64,000 bases of DNA, taken from NCBI GenBank assembly GCA_963662615.2, contig CAXXSR010000001.1, forward strand, positions 1,728,001-1,792,000, in the 5' to 3' direction. Positions within the stretch are counted from its first letter, which is position 1; every line of letters starts with the position of its first letter. This DNA is from Dehalococcoidia bacterium (GTDB taxonomy: Bacteria > Chloroflexota > Dehalococcoidia > Bin125). Position numbers and translations under genes: made by a program. The notes under the pieces are model-generated. The model did not search any database. It was not told where the DNA came from and saw only the letters and a list, made by a program, of their open reading frames with translations. Of the stretch, positions 1 through 10,104 are shown piece by piece.

Positions 1-1
1 C

Positions 2-787
2 GGCGGTGAGCTGGCGGATCGCTTCGTGGCTCAGGCTCAGCGCTACGGGGTGGAGCTGCTCTCGGCGGTGGGCGTTACGAAGATTGAGAAGGACGGCGAG
101 GAAGTGGAGCTACGGCTCAGCACCGGCGCCGCCGTCTGCGCCCACGCGGCGATCGTGGCGACGGGCGCATCGTACCGGCGCCTGGGCCTCCCCGGCGAGG
201 ACGATCTGATTGGCGCCGGCGTCCACTTCTGCGCCACCTGTGACGGCCCCTTCTACAAAGGCGCGGAGGAGTTGCTGGTCATCGGCGGTGGCAACTCCGC
301 GCTTGAAGAGGGCCTCTTCCTCTCCCAATTCGCGCAACGCATCCGGATCGTGGAGTTCAATCCGGCGCTGAAGGCGTCGCAACTGCTGCAGGATAAGGTG
401 CGTGCCCATCCGCAATTCGTGGTGCACACGAACACGGAGGTGACGGCGCTGCGCGGCCGCGCCGGCAAGCTCAGCGAAGTCGTGGCGCGGGACCGCGCCA
501 CAGGCGAGGAGATGCGCTGGACCCCTGCCGCCGCCTTCGTCTTCATTGGCCTCACGCCGAACAGCGGCTTTCTCAATGGCGCGGTGCGGCTGGACCGGTG
601 GGGATTCATTGAGAGCGATGCCGTCTTCGAGTCGTCGCTGCCTGGGCTGTTTGTGGCGGGCGACGTGCGGGCCGGCTCCACCAAGCAGTTAGGGTCGGCG
701 GTGGGAGACGGCATCGCGGCGCTGCTGCACGTGCGGGAATACCTCAAAGAGCACGCGCATGTGAGTCGCACGTCGGTGAACGCGTGA
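2..787 (+). CDS. trxB: Thioredoxin-disulfide reductase (5'-truncated by window edge)
   Basis: Frame open to the left edge. Motifs HFCATCDG (redox CxxC), VIGGGNSALEEG (dinucleotide binding) and PGLFVAGDV...KQLGSAVGDG (FAD). Confidence 0.92.
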   Translation, partial: GGELADRFVAQAQRYGVELLSAVGVTKIEKDGEEVELRLSTGAAVCAHAAIVATGASYRRLGLPGEDDLIGAGVHFCATCDGPFYKGAEELLVIGGGNSALEEGLFLSQFAQRIRIVEFNPALKASQLLQDKVRAHPQFVVHTNTEVTALRGRAGKLSEVVARDRATGEEMRWTPAAAFVFIGLTPNSGFLNGAVRLDRWGFIESDAVFESSLPGLFVAGDVRAGSTKQLGSAVGDGIAALLHVREYLKEHAHVSRTSVNA

Positions 788-853
788 TGGGCTGAGCGGC
801 GATGCGCGACATCGCGCGGCGGGCCGCGGTCGATCGGGGACCAACGGCGCGCC

Positions 854-1993
854 TCACTGTGCCACGAAGGTGCGGCTAACGTCGTTGACGATCACCGTGT
901 ATTCCGTACCGGAAACGAAATCCGTGCCCAGGGGCACGTTGTGTTCCACTGTGCGGAAAATGTCGATGCAGGCGATCTCCGCCTCCGGCGCGGGCACGAG
1001 ATTCCAGACATCGATGCGGATGGTCGTGTCCTCACGAGTGACGTCATTGCGGTCGAACTCCGCGCAGCCGTCCGGCAGGATGGAGACAATGTGTGCAAAA
1101 TACTGCGGCGGAAACGACTCCGCCACGATCACCTCAAGCGATTGGATGGGCGCGAGCGCCGAAACCGTCGGAAACGGATCGCCACTTGCGGGGATCGTGA
1201 CGGGGAAGAAGTACAACGCGTCGCCCGTCAAGGGGACGCCGTTCGCGGCCGCGCCCCCCAGATCCCCCCACGCCGCGAACACGCTCAGGATGTAGTCGCC
1301 TGGATCGATAGTCGGTGTCCATGTGAGGTCCGGGCCGCCCGTATCGAAGGTGGTGCTCACGCCCGTGCCGACCTGGTCTGGCGTGGATAGGTTCAGGAAC
1401 ACCGAACCGGGGATCGGCTGGTCCCAGCGGAGGCGCACGAGGCCGTCCGGGAGGGGGATGAACGAATCGACGGCGGGGAAGAAAGGTGGGGAATCAGCGC
1501 ACAGCCCAATTCCCTGGACCAGGTCCGCGGGCCAGCAATAGCTGCCGCGCTCGGGCTCGTGGATCTGGTCTCCCACCAGGAGCCGCACGGCGGGTGGACT
1601 TGACGGGAGGCCCGCCGCCCCCGCGGGCGGGAAGCTCCACGTGCGGTCGCTCTGCACGAAGATGAAGTACGGTCGGCCGTGCTCGAGATCGGTGAAGCCC
1701 TGCAGCGCCGACGGGAGCAGCGGCGACTAGAGCAGCCAGGCCTGGCCGACGTTGTCGAACGACCAGATCACGTTGACCCACTCGCGGATGTCATTCAGGG
1801 CCGCGTCGACGGGCAACGTGGGGCCGCCATAGGTCACCAGGTTGCCGCCGTTCACCATGTCCACCGTGGAAGGCTCATGGCCGGCGCTGGCCACGTCCCT
1901 CTGCGACCAGGCGGCAAGAAGAACGGCGCCGGCGACCAACGCACAAGAGACAGCCGCAAAGACGAAGGTCCGCTTGGGTCGAACTGCTGTCAT
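854..1993 (-). pseudogene. Secreted multi-domain hypothetical protein interrupted by an in-frame TAG at 1727-1729
   Basis: ORF 1727..1993 (signal peptide MTAVRPKRTFVFAAVSCALVAGAVLLAAWS) and ORF 854..1657 are in the same frame. The sequence reads ...QAWLL*SPLLPSALQGFTDLEHGRPYFIFVQSDR... through one TAG. Confidence 0.65.
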
Positions 1994-2081
1994 GGGCGAA
2001 TCATCCTCTCGATTCGCGACCCGGACACATCCAGAGGCCGCCGGGCGAGGCGAAAGCGATCGTGTCCTCGCGCACCTCGCG

Positions 2082-3521
2082 TCATGTCAGCTCCATCAGG
2101 GGCGGCTCCGGCGGAATCTCAATGGGACAGCCGGTGGCGCCCCGGACGTCCGCCGGGGTGACCCCGGGGGCGATCTCGCGCAGCACGAGGCCATCCGGCG
2201 TCACATCGATGAGGGCAAGGTTCGTGACGATCGTCGAGACGCACCCTGCTCCGGTGAGAGGGTAGCTGCACCGCGAGACCAGGCGCGGCTCTCCGCTGGA
2301 GGTCGTGTGCTCCATCAAGACAATGACGGGGACGCGGCCGGCGATCAGGTCCATGGCGCCGCCAATGCCACCGATTCCGGCGCCGGGCAGGCGCCAGTTG
2401 GCGAGGTCGCCGGCTGCGGAGACCTGGAAGGCGCCCAGGACGATCGCGTCGAGATGGCCGCCGCGCGCCATGGCGAAGGCGACCGTGCTGTCGAAGGCCG
2501 CGGCGCCGGCCACGGGGGCAACGGGCTGCCCACCGGCGTTGTAGTAGTTGGGGTCCCAGGCGTTCAGATCGTCGACACTGACGTAACCGTAGAGCCCGTT
2601 TTCCGCGTGGAGGAGCGCGGGCGCGCCCACTTCGTCGAGCCAGCCGCCGACGAGCGTCGGCAAGCCGATGCCCAGATTAACGGAGCGGTAGCCGGCGCCG
2701 GCGATGATGCGGGCCACACGGAGCGCCATGAGGTCGCGGGGCAGGCCGGCGATCTCGCGCGGGGCTCTATCGCCCCGCGTCGGGTCACGGCCCAGCGCGA
2801 ACACCTCCGCCATGACCTCCTCACGCGGGATCTCCTCCCGCACCACACGGTCCACGTAGATTCCGGGGACGTGGATCGCCTCTGGCGCCAGGCTGCCGCT
2901 GGGAACGATCTCCTCGACCTCGGCAACAACCGTGTCAGCGGCGGTGGCCATGGCGACATTGAAGTTTTGGCCCACTCCGGAAACCGTGAGATTGCCAAGT
3001 TCGTCCGCCCGCGTGGCGCGCAGGAGGGCGAAGTCCGCCCGCAGCGCCGATTCCAGCAGGTGAGGGCGGCCGTTGAAAACGCGCTTCTCTTTCTCCGCGG
3101 TGTCGGCAATGGTGGCCACCCCGGTCGGCGTGTAGAACGCGGCGATGCCCGCCCCGCCCGCGCGGATGCGCTCCACGAACGTTCCCTGAGGGACAAGCTC
3201 AACCTCCAGCTTGCCCGCCAGCATCTGATCTTCAGAAGCGGTCTTGCGGCCAAGGAAGCTGCCAAACGATCCAATGAATCTTCGGATCAGCTCTCGCTCG
3301 GCCAGGACTTGCGGTGAATAGCGGCCGAAACCGAGAGTGTTGGCGATGATCGTGAGCTCGCCGGCCCCGTGGCCGGCGAGCGCTTGCAGCAGGGTATTGG
3401 GCCAGCCGTGAATGACGGCGAACCCCCCCACCATGACTGCCATCCCCGGCTCAACGTCGCGCACCGCGTCTGCCGCGGTAGCCACGACCTTCGACTCCAC
3501 GGTCGCTCCCTCCGCGGCCAT
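2082..3521 (-). CDS. 3-oxoacid CoA-transferase, fused alpha+beta subunits (SCOT-like, family I)
   Basis: Alpha part PQGTFVERIRAGGAGIAAFYTPTG. Beta part VNLGIGLP, HAENG (catalytic Glu), GGAMDL. Confidence 0.9.
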   Translation of the reverse strand: MAAEGATVESKVVATAADAVRDVEPGMAVMVGGFAVIHGWPNTLLQALAGHGAGELTIIANTLGFGRYSPQVLAERELIRRFIGSFGSFLGRKTASEDQMLAGKLEVELVPQGTFVERIRAGGAGIAAFYTPTGVATIADTAEKEKRVFNGRPHLLESALRADFALLRATRADELGNLTVSGVGQNFNVAMATAADTVVAEVEEIVPSGSLAPEAIHVPGIYVDRVVREEIPREEVMAEVFALGRDPTRGDRAPREIAGLPRDLMALRVARIIAGAGYRSVNLGIGLPTLVGGWLDEVGAPALLHAENGLYGYVSVDDLNAWDPNYYNAGGQPVAPVAGAAAFDSTVAFAMARGGHLDAIVLGAFQVSAAGDLANWRLPGAGIGGIGGAMDLIAGRVPVIVLMEHTTSSGEPRLVSRCSYPLTGAGCVSTIVTNLALIDVTPDGLVLREIAPGVTPADVRGATGCPIEIPPEPPLMELT

Positions 3522-3714
3522 GCACCCTCAGCGCCCATGCTACCGCGCTGCCCGGCGGTCGACGCCGTCGGCAAGCCCTTCTACTGGCGTTCAACCCAGG
3601 GCATGAGAGCGGCGGCCCAGCAACAGCAGGAGCCGCTAGACACAGCACGGCGCTGCCGAGACGGCAGCGGCAGTCGCACGGACCAGAGGCGCTGGGGAAT
3701 CGTGGCGGCGGGGC

Positions 3715-4437
3715 CTAGGAAGTCCCCGAACCCAAGTAAAGCTCCTGCATCACGCCCGTGCCCCGCATGTCAGAGAGATCGCCGGACGCCATGATCTCGC
3801 CGGTCTGCATGAGATAGCCGCGCTGGGCCACGGCGAGGGCCAAGCCAGCGTTCTGCTCCACGAGCAAGACGGAGGCGCCGAACTCCTCTTGCAGGCCCTT
3901 GATGATCCCTTGGAGGTCACGGACCAGGACGGGCGAAAGCCCCAGCGACGGCTCGTCCAGCAAGATCAGGGTAGGACGCGCCATCAAGCCCCGCGCGATC
4001 GCGAGCATCTGCTGTTGACCGCCGCTGAGGTCGCTGCCTTGCGCGCCCAGCCGGTCCCGCAGGACGGGGAAATATTCCAGCATCCGCTCAAGGTCCTGCG
4101 GCACTTCCGACTTGTCCTTGCGCGGGTAGGCGCCCAGCTCAAGATTGTCGCTGACGGTGAGGCCTTCGAAGATGCGCCGGCCCTCCGGGACCAGACTGAT
4201 CCCCCCCTTGGCAACGCGGTCGGCCGGCCAGGCGGTGATGTCCTTATCCTGGAAGCGGATGTGGCCGCCCGCCACCTTGAGGAGACCGGAAACGGCGTTG
4301 AGGAGCGTGGACTTGCCCGCCCCATTGGGGCCGAGGATGGCGACGATCTCCCCTTCGTTTACCTCTAGAGAAATCCCGCGGTGGACGCGCGTGCGTCCGT
4401 AGGCTGTATGGAGATCGTCAATTTCCAGTAAGCTCAA
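3715..4437 (-). CDS. livF: Branched-chain amino acid-type ABC transporter ATPase (LivF-like)
   Basis: GPNGAGKST, LSGGQQQMLAIARGL, LLDEPSLGL. TTG start at 4437 follows a GGAGG RBS and overlaps the livG end. Confidence 0.9.
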   Translation of the reverse strand: MSLLEIDDLHTAYGRTRVHRGISLEVNEGEIVAILGPNGAGKSTLLNAVSGLLKVAGGHIRFQDKDITAWPADRVAKGGISLVPEGRRIFEGLTVSDNLELGAYPRKDKSEVPQDLERMLEYFPVLRDRLGAQGSDLSGGQQQMLAIARGLMARPTLILLDEPSLGLSPVLVRDLQGIIKGLQEEFGASVLLVEQNAGLALAVAQRGYLMQTGEIMASGDLSDMRGTGVMQELYLGSGTS

Positions 4438-5161
4438 CGTCGCCTCCCAGATAGACTTCCAGGACCTTGGGATCGTTGCGCACTTCTTCGGGCGGACCTT
4501 CCTTGATCTTGTAGCCGAAGTCAAGCACGATCAGCCGTTCGCAAAGCGTCATCATCAACTTCATGTCGTGGTCAATAACGGCAACAGTGATGTGGCGCGC
4601 CGAGATGGCACGGATGAGGGTGGCGAGGTCGGCGGTCTCGCGGTCGTTGAGGCCGGCGGCGGGCTCGTCGGCGAGGAGCAAGCGCGGCTGGCTGCCCAAG
4701 GCGATGGCCAGTCCCAGCTTGCGCAAATTCCCGAAGCCCAGGTTGGCGGCGCCCTCGCCTGCCAAGTGACTGAGCTCCACAAAATCCAAGATCTCCGTCG
4801 GCGTGGTCAAGCCCCCGTTGGCGCCGTCCTCTCGCTTGCGACTGTGCTGACAGGCAATGCGCACGTTCTCCGCGATCGAGAGAGCGGAGAAGGCCATGGC
4901 CTGCTGGAAGGTGCGTCCGATCCCTTTCTTGGCCACTACGTGCGGGGCCTTGGCGGTAATGTCCTCGCCCAGCCAGGAGACGTGCCCTGACGTGGGACGG
5001 TGGACGCCCGTGATCACGTTGAAGAGCGTGGTCTTCCCGGACCCGTTCGGACCAATAATGCCCAGAATCTCGCCCTCGTTCACGGTCAGGTCGACCCCGG
5101 CCAGCGCGACCACACCGCCGAACCGCTTCTCCAAGCGCTGCACTTCAAGTATCGCGGGCAT
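4418..5161 (-). CDS. livG: Branched-chain amino acid-type ABC transporter ATPase (LivG-like)
   Basis: KRFGGVVAL, GPNGSGKTT, DEPAAGL, C-terminal PEEVRNDPKVLEVYLG. Start at 5161 or 5179. Confidence 0.9.
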   Translation of the reverse strand: MPAILEVQRLEKRFGGVVALAGVDLTVNEGEILGIIGPNGSGKTTLFNVITGVHRPTSGHVSWLGEDITAKAPHVVAKKGIGRTFQQAMAFSALSIAENVRIACQHSRKREDGANGGLTTPTEILDFVELSHLAGEGAANLGFGNLRKLGLAIALGSQPRLLLADEPAAGLNDRETADLATLIRAISARHITVAVIDHDMKLMMTLCERLIVLDFGYKIKEGPPEEVRNDPKVLEVYLGGDVELTGN

Positions 5162-5626
5162 CTCCACCCTCCCGATCATTGACCGCTGCCGCCTGCGGCG
5201 GCAGCGGAAAACGGATACGCACGCCGATCAGCGTGGGCGTTCACTCCCTCAGGCCGATCCAGACGGTCCAGATCTCGCCACCGAACCCCGTCGGCCGCGG
5301 GCTGCCGGCGGCGATCCGGATGATACTGTACGCGATCGCGCGAGCCGACGAACGCCGTAGCCAACGGATCCGACGGCAGGAGCTTCGCGAAGTCCAGCAC
5401 CCTGCTCCGCCAGGGAAGTTTCGGCGGCCCGCCCCTCGTTGACGGGGCGCCACCGCAACGTCGCGCGGAGCGGACGCGGGGGCCTGCAGGCGGTTGCCCG
5501 GCCCTTGCGCGGCCACGGTCCGCAACCAGGGAGGGCCGGCACAAGTCGCCCATCAGGCGGCGGCGGAGGGGCCGGCCGATCGTGGTCGAACAGGAACCGG
5601 CGCCACGCTGCCGCGTCTTCCGCGGA

Positions 5627-6520
5627 TCACTCCTGTGCAACTCGTGATCCCCCCGTGCCTCGCAACAGCCCTTGCGGGCGCACCAGGAGGATGATGATCA
5701 TCAAGCCGAAGGCGTACGCGTTCGTCCATTCCGGGGCGAAGTAGCCCGCACTCATGGCTTCCAGCTCACCAAGCAACAGCGCGGCCAGGACGGCGCCGTT
5801 GACGTTACCGAGGCCGCCAATAATCGCCACGGCAAAACCCTTGATGACGAAGGTGCCGCCAATAAAGGGCGTGATCGGGAAGAGGCCAATCAGCAAGGCG
5901 CCGCCGATCCCCGCGATCGCGCTCCCGCCAAAGAAGACCAACGTGATGTAGCGCCGCACCGGGATCCCCATCAGCGCCGCGGTCTCACGATCCGCCGCGC
6001 TGGCCCGCAACGCCTGCCCCCACCGACTCCGGCCGATGGCGAAGAACACGGCCACCACCAGCGCGGTGGTCATCCCAATGACGAAGATTCGCGTGGAGGC
6101 GATGCGAACGCCCCCGACCTCCCAGACCGTCGCCAGGGGCCGTGGCACCGCCTGCTGGTCGCCCGTCCAGATATCGGCGACGAAATGTTGCAGGATGATG
6201 ATCAGCCCGATCGAGACGATGAATCCGTTGATAGGATTCTGCAGGGTGAATCGAAACAGTCCGCGCTCAAGGACGAAGCCGAGCCCGCCAACGATGACGA
6301 TCGCCGCCAAGAGGCCCAGGAAATACCAATGGAAGCCGGGGCCCAGGCCCGTCTCTTGCTGGACGAACCAGACCGTGTAGCCGCCGATCATGAGCATTTC
6401 GCCGTGCGCGAAATTGACGATCCCGGTCAAACCAAAGATGAGTGTGATGCCCACGGCGACCAGGGCGATGACCGCGGCAATGGAGAGCCCGTTCAGCGCT
6501 TGCTGAAAGAAGATATCCAT
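5627..6520 (-). CDS. livH: Branched-chain amino acid-type ABC permease (LivH-like), copy 1
   Basis: QQALNGL...GITLIFGLTGIVNFAHGE, KGFAVAIIGGLG, RPQGLL. Confidence 0.9.
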   Translation of the reverse strand: MDIFFQQALNGLSIAAVIALVAVGITLIFGLTGIVNFAHGEMLMIGGYTVWFVQQETGLGPGFHWYFLGLLAAIVIVGGLGFVLERGLFRFTLQNPINGFIVSIGLIIILQHFVADIWTGDQQAVPRPLATVWEVGGVRIASTRIFVIGMTTALVVAVFFAIGRSRWGQALRASAADRETAALMGIPVRRYITLVFFGGSAIAGIGGALLIGLFPITPFIGGTFVIKGFAVAIIGGLGNVNGAVLAALLLGELEAMSAGYFAPEWTNAYAFGLMIIILLVRPQGLLRGTGGSRVAQE

Positions 6521-6833
6521 GGCCGGTCAGCCCCCTTGCGCTCCGCCGGCGCGGTCAGCGCGTGGCCCGAGTCCCGATCAGCGGACCCATCGTCCGCCCC
6601 CGCAGGCCACTGGCGCTGGCAGGCATCGCGATTGCTCCCGCCACTACGCCTCTGTGGCCCCCAACCTGACCCGATTCATACCCCGTCGCAGTGCACCGCG
6701 CAACCGACCTCGCTTCGAACTCGGCAGGAAGGCTAATGCTCGTAGGTCCGCGCGGCACCTTAGCTTCGTCAACCGCTCGTGCAGGCTGGCTGCGGCCGCC
6801 GCCGCCGAACGCGCTCCAGCCGGGCGAGGCGTG

Positions 6834-6862
6834 AGTATCTAACACCGTCACACGGGCGTCAA
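6834..6862 (-). promoter_or_regulatory. Putative sigma70-type promoter for the leftward livH gene
   Basis: Minus strand TTGACG-N17-GATACT in the divergent intergenic region. Confidence 0.35.
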
Positions 6863-7120
6863 CGTCGCCGCTGGGAACGACCGGTCCGCCCGCACCCCCA
6901 CGTGCGGCCGCCAGTCCTGGTCGCCCCCGAGCAGGAGCCCTGCGCCGAGCCCAGATGCCGGAAAGTCCTGCAGGCGCGAGACGAGGACTCCGGGCAACCC
7001 GCGACGGTCCCGCGGAGAGGCGAAGGCCTGGGGCGCGGCCGTCGCCCACGGTGATCGCACTGGCGGCTGCGTTCGCCGGTCTCCTTACTCTGTCGCCCCG
7101 ACTGCGCCCCAGGTGAACCG

Positions 7121-7158
7121 TTGCGAAATTCGGCTAATTCTGCTGGCTAAATGGGTCA
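7121..7158 (+). promoter_or_regulatory. Conserved upstream motif, copy 1 (before binding protein 1)
   Basis: TTGCGAAATTCGGCTAATTCTGCTGGCTAAATGGGTCA matches 11317-11354 at 26/38 positions with no gaps. Confidence 0.55.
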
Positions 7159-7323
7159 GAGTGCGGGTCCGGAACGAACCTGCAGCCGGAACTGGAGGAG
7201 TGTGCACAGAGCGAGCAAAAGCTCGACACTCGGTTGAGGGTTGGCGTGAGGCACACGCTGGGGCCTTCTGGGCCGTGGCGGGAGGGGCTGCACGCGGAGC
7301 TGAAGGGGGGCCAGGCTACGTAA

Positions 7324-8862
7324 ATGAAGCGAGGGAGGATTCCGAGTACCGACATACTCAGACACAAGCACGAGAAGGAAGGAAGAAGGAGCGAGAGGAC
7401 GAAGCTTCACTTCGGAAAACTGAGGGGGTGGCCTGCTACATTCTTCGTCATCCTCGTTGTCTTAGCGCTCGCGCTGGCCGCGGCCTGCGGCGATGACGAT
7501 GACGACGCGGCCCAACCTGCCGCCGCCGCCGCGCCGGAGCCCGCGCCGGCCGCCCAGGTGGAGCCCGCACCGGCTGCCGAGCCGGAGCCCGCGCCGGCCG
7601 TCCAGAAGACGGCCACGCTTCGGATCGGCGCGGTCTTCCCGATCACCGGCGGTGGCATGGCTATCTACGGGACCTCCGAGATGAACGGGGTCCGCTTGGC
7701 CGTTGAGATGATCAACGCTGGGAACCCCCGCTGCGTGGCGTCGGGGCACTGCGAGTCCGGCGGCGGATTCATTGTTGGCGACACCCTCTATAACATTGAT
7801 CTGATCGAGCGCGACAGCCGTTCCGACCACAACGTGGGCGTCACCGCCACGACCGAGCTGGTTCGGGACGAGGCGCTGAAGGTCATCTTCGGGCCGCTGC
7901 CGCACGGCACGGGGCTGGCGGCGCAGGAGATCACCCAGCCGGCGAAGGTGCTGCACCTGATGGCGCTGAGCATCCTGAACTCGCCGGACGGCGTCCTGAC
8001 GCCGGAGTCGGCGGGCCCCGGCGGCGACAAGCACTGGCTCTTCCAGACGGAGCCGGCCGAGGTTGTCCGTAGCACCATCACGGCCGCGGGCATCCTGGAG
8101 CTGCTGGGCGCGCAGCCCGGCGACCTCTCCATGGTCCTGGCGACCGACGACCCGTCCGGGAAGTTTCTGGGCCTGTTCTACAACGATGTTCTCGAGGCGC
8201 TGGGGCAGGAGACCAGGGAAGTGGTCTTCTACCCGCCCGGGACGACCGACTTCTCGCCGTTCCTGACGCGGATCAAGGCTGAAGAGCCCGACTACATGCA
8301 CAACTGGTACATCGTGGTGGACTCGGTCCTGATCAGCGCGCAGTCGCTCGAGCTGGAGGTGGCGCAGAAGGGCTACATGGTCTTCGGCGCCGACCCCGGC
8401 TGGTGGGCCGAGAACGCCACAACCGACAACGATGTCCCGGTCACGATTGCCTGCATCAACGTCTGCCGGGGCGACCCGGGCGGCTTCGACCCGGAGGTGG
8501 CGGCGGGGCACTACGACCGCGTGAACCAGTTCGAGTGCCCGCCGGCGGGTATCTGTGACCCGGCCCCCATTGCCGACATCACGCTGTGGACGCACGATTA
8601 CGTCTTCATGCTGACGGAGGCAATGCAGACCGCAGGGACGGTGGACGACACCACCGCGATCGCCGACGCGCTCGAAAAGGTGGAGTACGACGGCGTGCTG
8701 GGACCGCTCACCTTCGACGCAACTCACGGCGTCGCACACGGCTACGACTCTTGCCTGATTCTGAGTGGCGAGATCACCTGCAAGCACTTCAGCAACGCCG
8801 AGTACGGCCCGGAGGCGACGGGGGTCAACTTCGACTCGACGGGAGCGGTGATCTTGGACTAA
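7324..8862 (+). CDS. ABC transporter substrate-binding lipoprotein (LivJ/periplasmic binding protein type 1), Cys-rich, copy 1
   Basis: Lipobox LALAAAC-GDDDDD, EPAPA-repeat linker, LRIGAVFPITG, TTDFSPFLTRIK, GVLGPLTFD. The true start may be downstream of 7324. Confidence 0.88.
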   Translation: MKRGRIPSTDILRHKHEKEGRRSERTKLHFGKLRGWPATFFVILVVLALALAAACGDDDDDAAQPAAAAAPEPAPAAQVEPAPAAEPEPAPAVQKTATLRIGAVFPITGGGMAIYGTSEMNGVRLAVEMINAGNPRCVASGHCESGGGFIVGDTLYNIDLIERDSRSDHNVGVTATTELVRDEALKVIFGPLPHGTGLAAQEITQPAKVLHLMALSILNSPDGVLTPESAGPGGDKHWLFQTEPAEVVRSTITAAGILELLGAQPGDLSMVLATDDPSGKFLGLFYNDVLEALGQETREVVFYPPGTTDFSPFLTRIKAEEPDYMHNWYIVVDSVLISAQSLELEVAQKGYMVFGADPGWWAENATTDNDVPVTIACINVCRGDPGGFDPEVAAGHYDRVNQFECPPAGICDPAPIADITLWTHDYVFMLTEAMQTAGTVDDTTAIADALEKVEYDGVLGPLTFDATHGVAHGYDSCLILSGEITCKHFSNAEYGPEATGVNFDSTGAVILD

Positions 8863-8914
8863 CTCCCCGTGGGCTGCCGGCGGCTCCCGCCGGACCGCTC
8901 ACCGCAATCCGCTT

Positions 8915-8957
8915 CGGTCGCCCAGCGCCCGTCAGCCCGACGGGCGCTGGGCGACCG
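8915..8957 (+). terminator. Perfect 19-bp stem-loop after binding protein 1 (terminator or mRNA stabiliser)
   Basis: CGGTCGCCCAGCGCCCGTC-agccc-GACGGGCGCTGGGCGACCG; no U-tract. Confidence 0.6.
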
Positions 8958-9140
8958 GCGGGATCTGGCGCTGCTCCAGCCGCGTGCCGGGACGGGCGCG
9001 GCGAGCAGCTCACAGCCAACGTCTCCCCCTTGAAGAACGCCGCAGGGCACAGTAGAGTCCCCCGGTAACCCGTGACAGGCATCCTCCTCGGGCATGAGGA
9101 GCGGTCGCTGCTCATGCCCGAGGAGGGACAGCGAGCGCAC

Positions 9141-10070
9141 GTGGAAATCTTCTTCCAGCAGGTCGTGAACGGACTCCAGATCGCCAGTGTGATCGCCCTG
9201 ATCGCCATGGGCATCACGATGATCTTTGGTCTCACCGGCCTGGTCATGTTCGCGCACGGCGAGCTCCTAATGCTCGGCGGCTACGTGACGTGGCGGACCG
9301 TAGAGCTGAACGTGTTCGGAGGAGACGCAGCGAACTTCTTCTTCGGTGTCGCGCTCGCTGTCGTGGTCGTGGGAGTGCTGGGGTACTTGATGGAGCGCGG
9401 CCTCTTCCGCTTCACCTTCGCTTCACCCATCAACGGCTTCATCATCTCGTTGGGACTGATCGTCTTCTTGCAGCATGCCATTCAGATCATGCCGCTCCCG
9501 GGGCTTGGGCTCGGGCTCGGGGGCGACCAGAACTGGGGGGCAACCACGATCGCCGTGCCGAAGCCGATCGCCGCCGTGTGGACCGTCTCGGAAGTCCGCA
9601 TTCCCGCCACCCGCGTCCTGATCGTGATCGCAACCATTGTCGTCGTCGCCTTCGCGGTCGCGGCGATCTACCGCACCGGCCTGGGCCGGGCGCTGCGGGC
9701 CAGCGCCTCTGATCGGGACACGGCCGGCTTGATGGGCATCCCCGTGCGGCGCTACATCACGGCCGTCTTCGTGATCGGCAGCGGGGTCGCAGGCCTGGGC
9801 GGTGCGCTCTTGATCGGTCAGTTCGCCATCGACCCCTTCATTGGCGGGCGCTTCGTGATCAAGGGCTTCGCCGTCGCCTTGGTGGGCGGGCTGGGCAACC
9901 CCGTTGGGGCGGTGCTGGCGGCGATCATTCTGGGCTTGGGTGAAGCCATGGGGGCCGGCTACTTCAAAACGGAATGGACGGAGTCCTACGCGTTCATCCT
10001 GATGATTGTTGTCTTGCTGATCCGGCCGCAGGGCTTGTTGACCGGCCTGCAGGGACCGCCAACTCGGTGA
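9141..10070 (+). CDS. livH: Branched-chain amino acid-type ABC permease (LivH-like), copy 2
   Basis: GTG start VEIFFQQVVNGL is collinear with copy 1 (MDIFFQQALNGL). FAHGE, KGFAVALVGGLG, RPQGLL. Confidence 0.9.
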   Translation: MEIFFQQVVNGLQIASVIALIAMGITMIFGLTGLVMFAHGELLMLGGYVTWRTVELNVFGGDAANFFFGVALAVVVVGVLGYLMERGLFRFTFASPINGFIISLGLIVFLQHAIQIMPLPGLGLGLGGDQNWGATTIAVPKPIAAVWTVSEVRIPATRVLIVIATIVVVAFAVAAIYRTGLGRALRASASDRDTAGLMGIPVRRYITAVFVIGSGVAGLGGALLIGQFAIDPFIGGRFVIKGFAVALVGGLGNPVGAVLAAIILGLGEAMGAGYFKTEWTESYAFILMIVVLLIRPQGLLTGLQGPPTR

Positions 10071-10104
10071 AAGCGGTGGGGGCGTTGTTGGAACGAGACG
10101 AGTC

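Noticed and set aside
5176-5640. 154-aa minus-strand ORF between livH and livG, where a livM might be expected
   Set aside because: Arg/Pro-rich with no hydrophobic helices or LivM motifs; treated as intergenic.
7515-7600. GAGCCCGC(G/A)CCGGC repeats
   Set aside because: They encode the EPAPA linker of the lipoprotein; not CRISPR or mobile.
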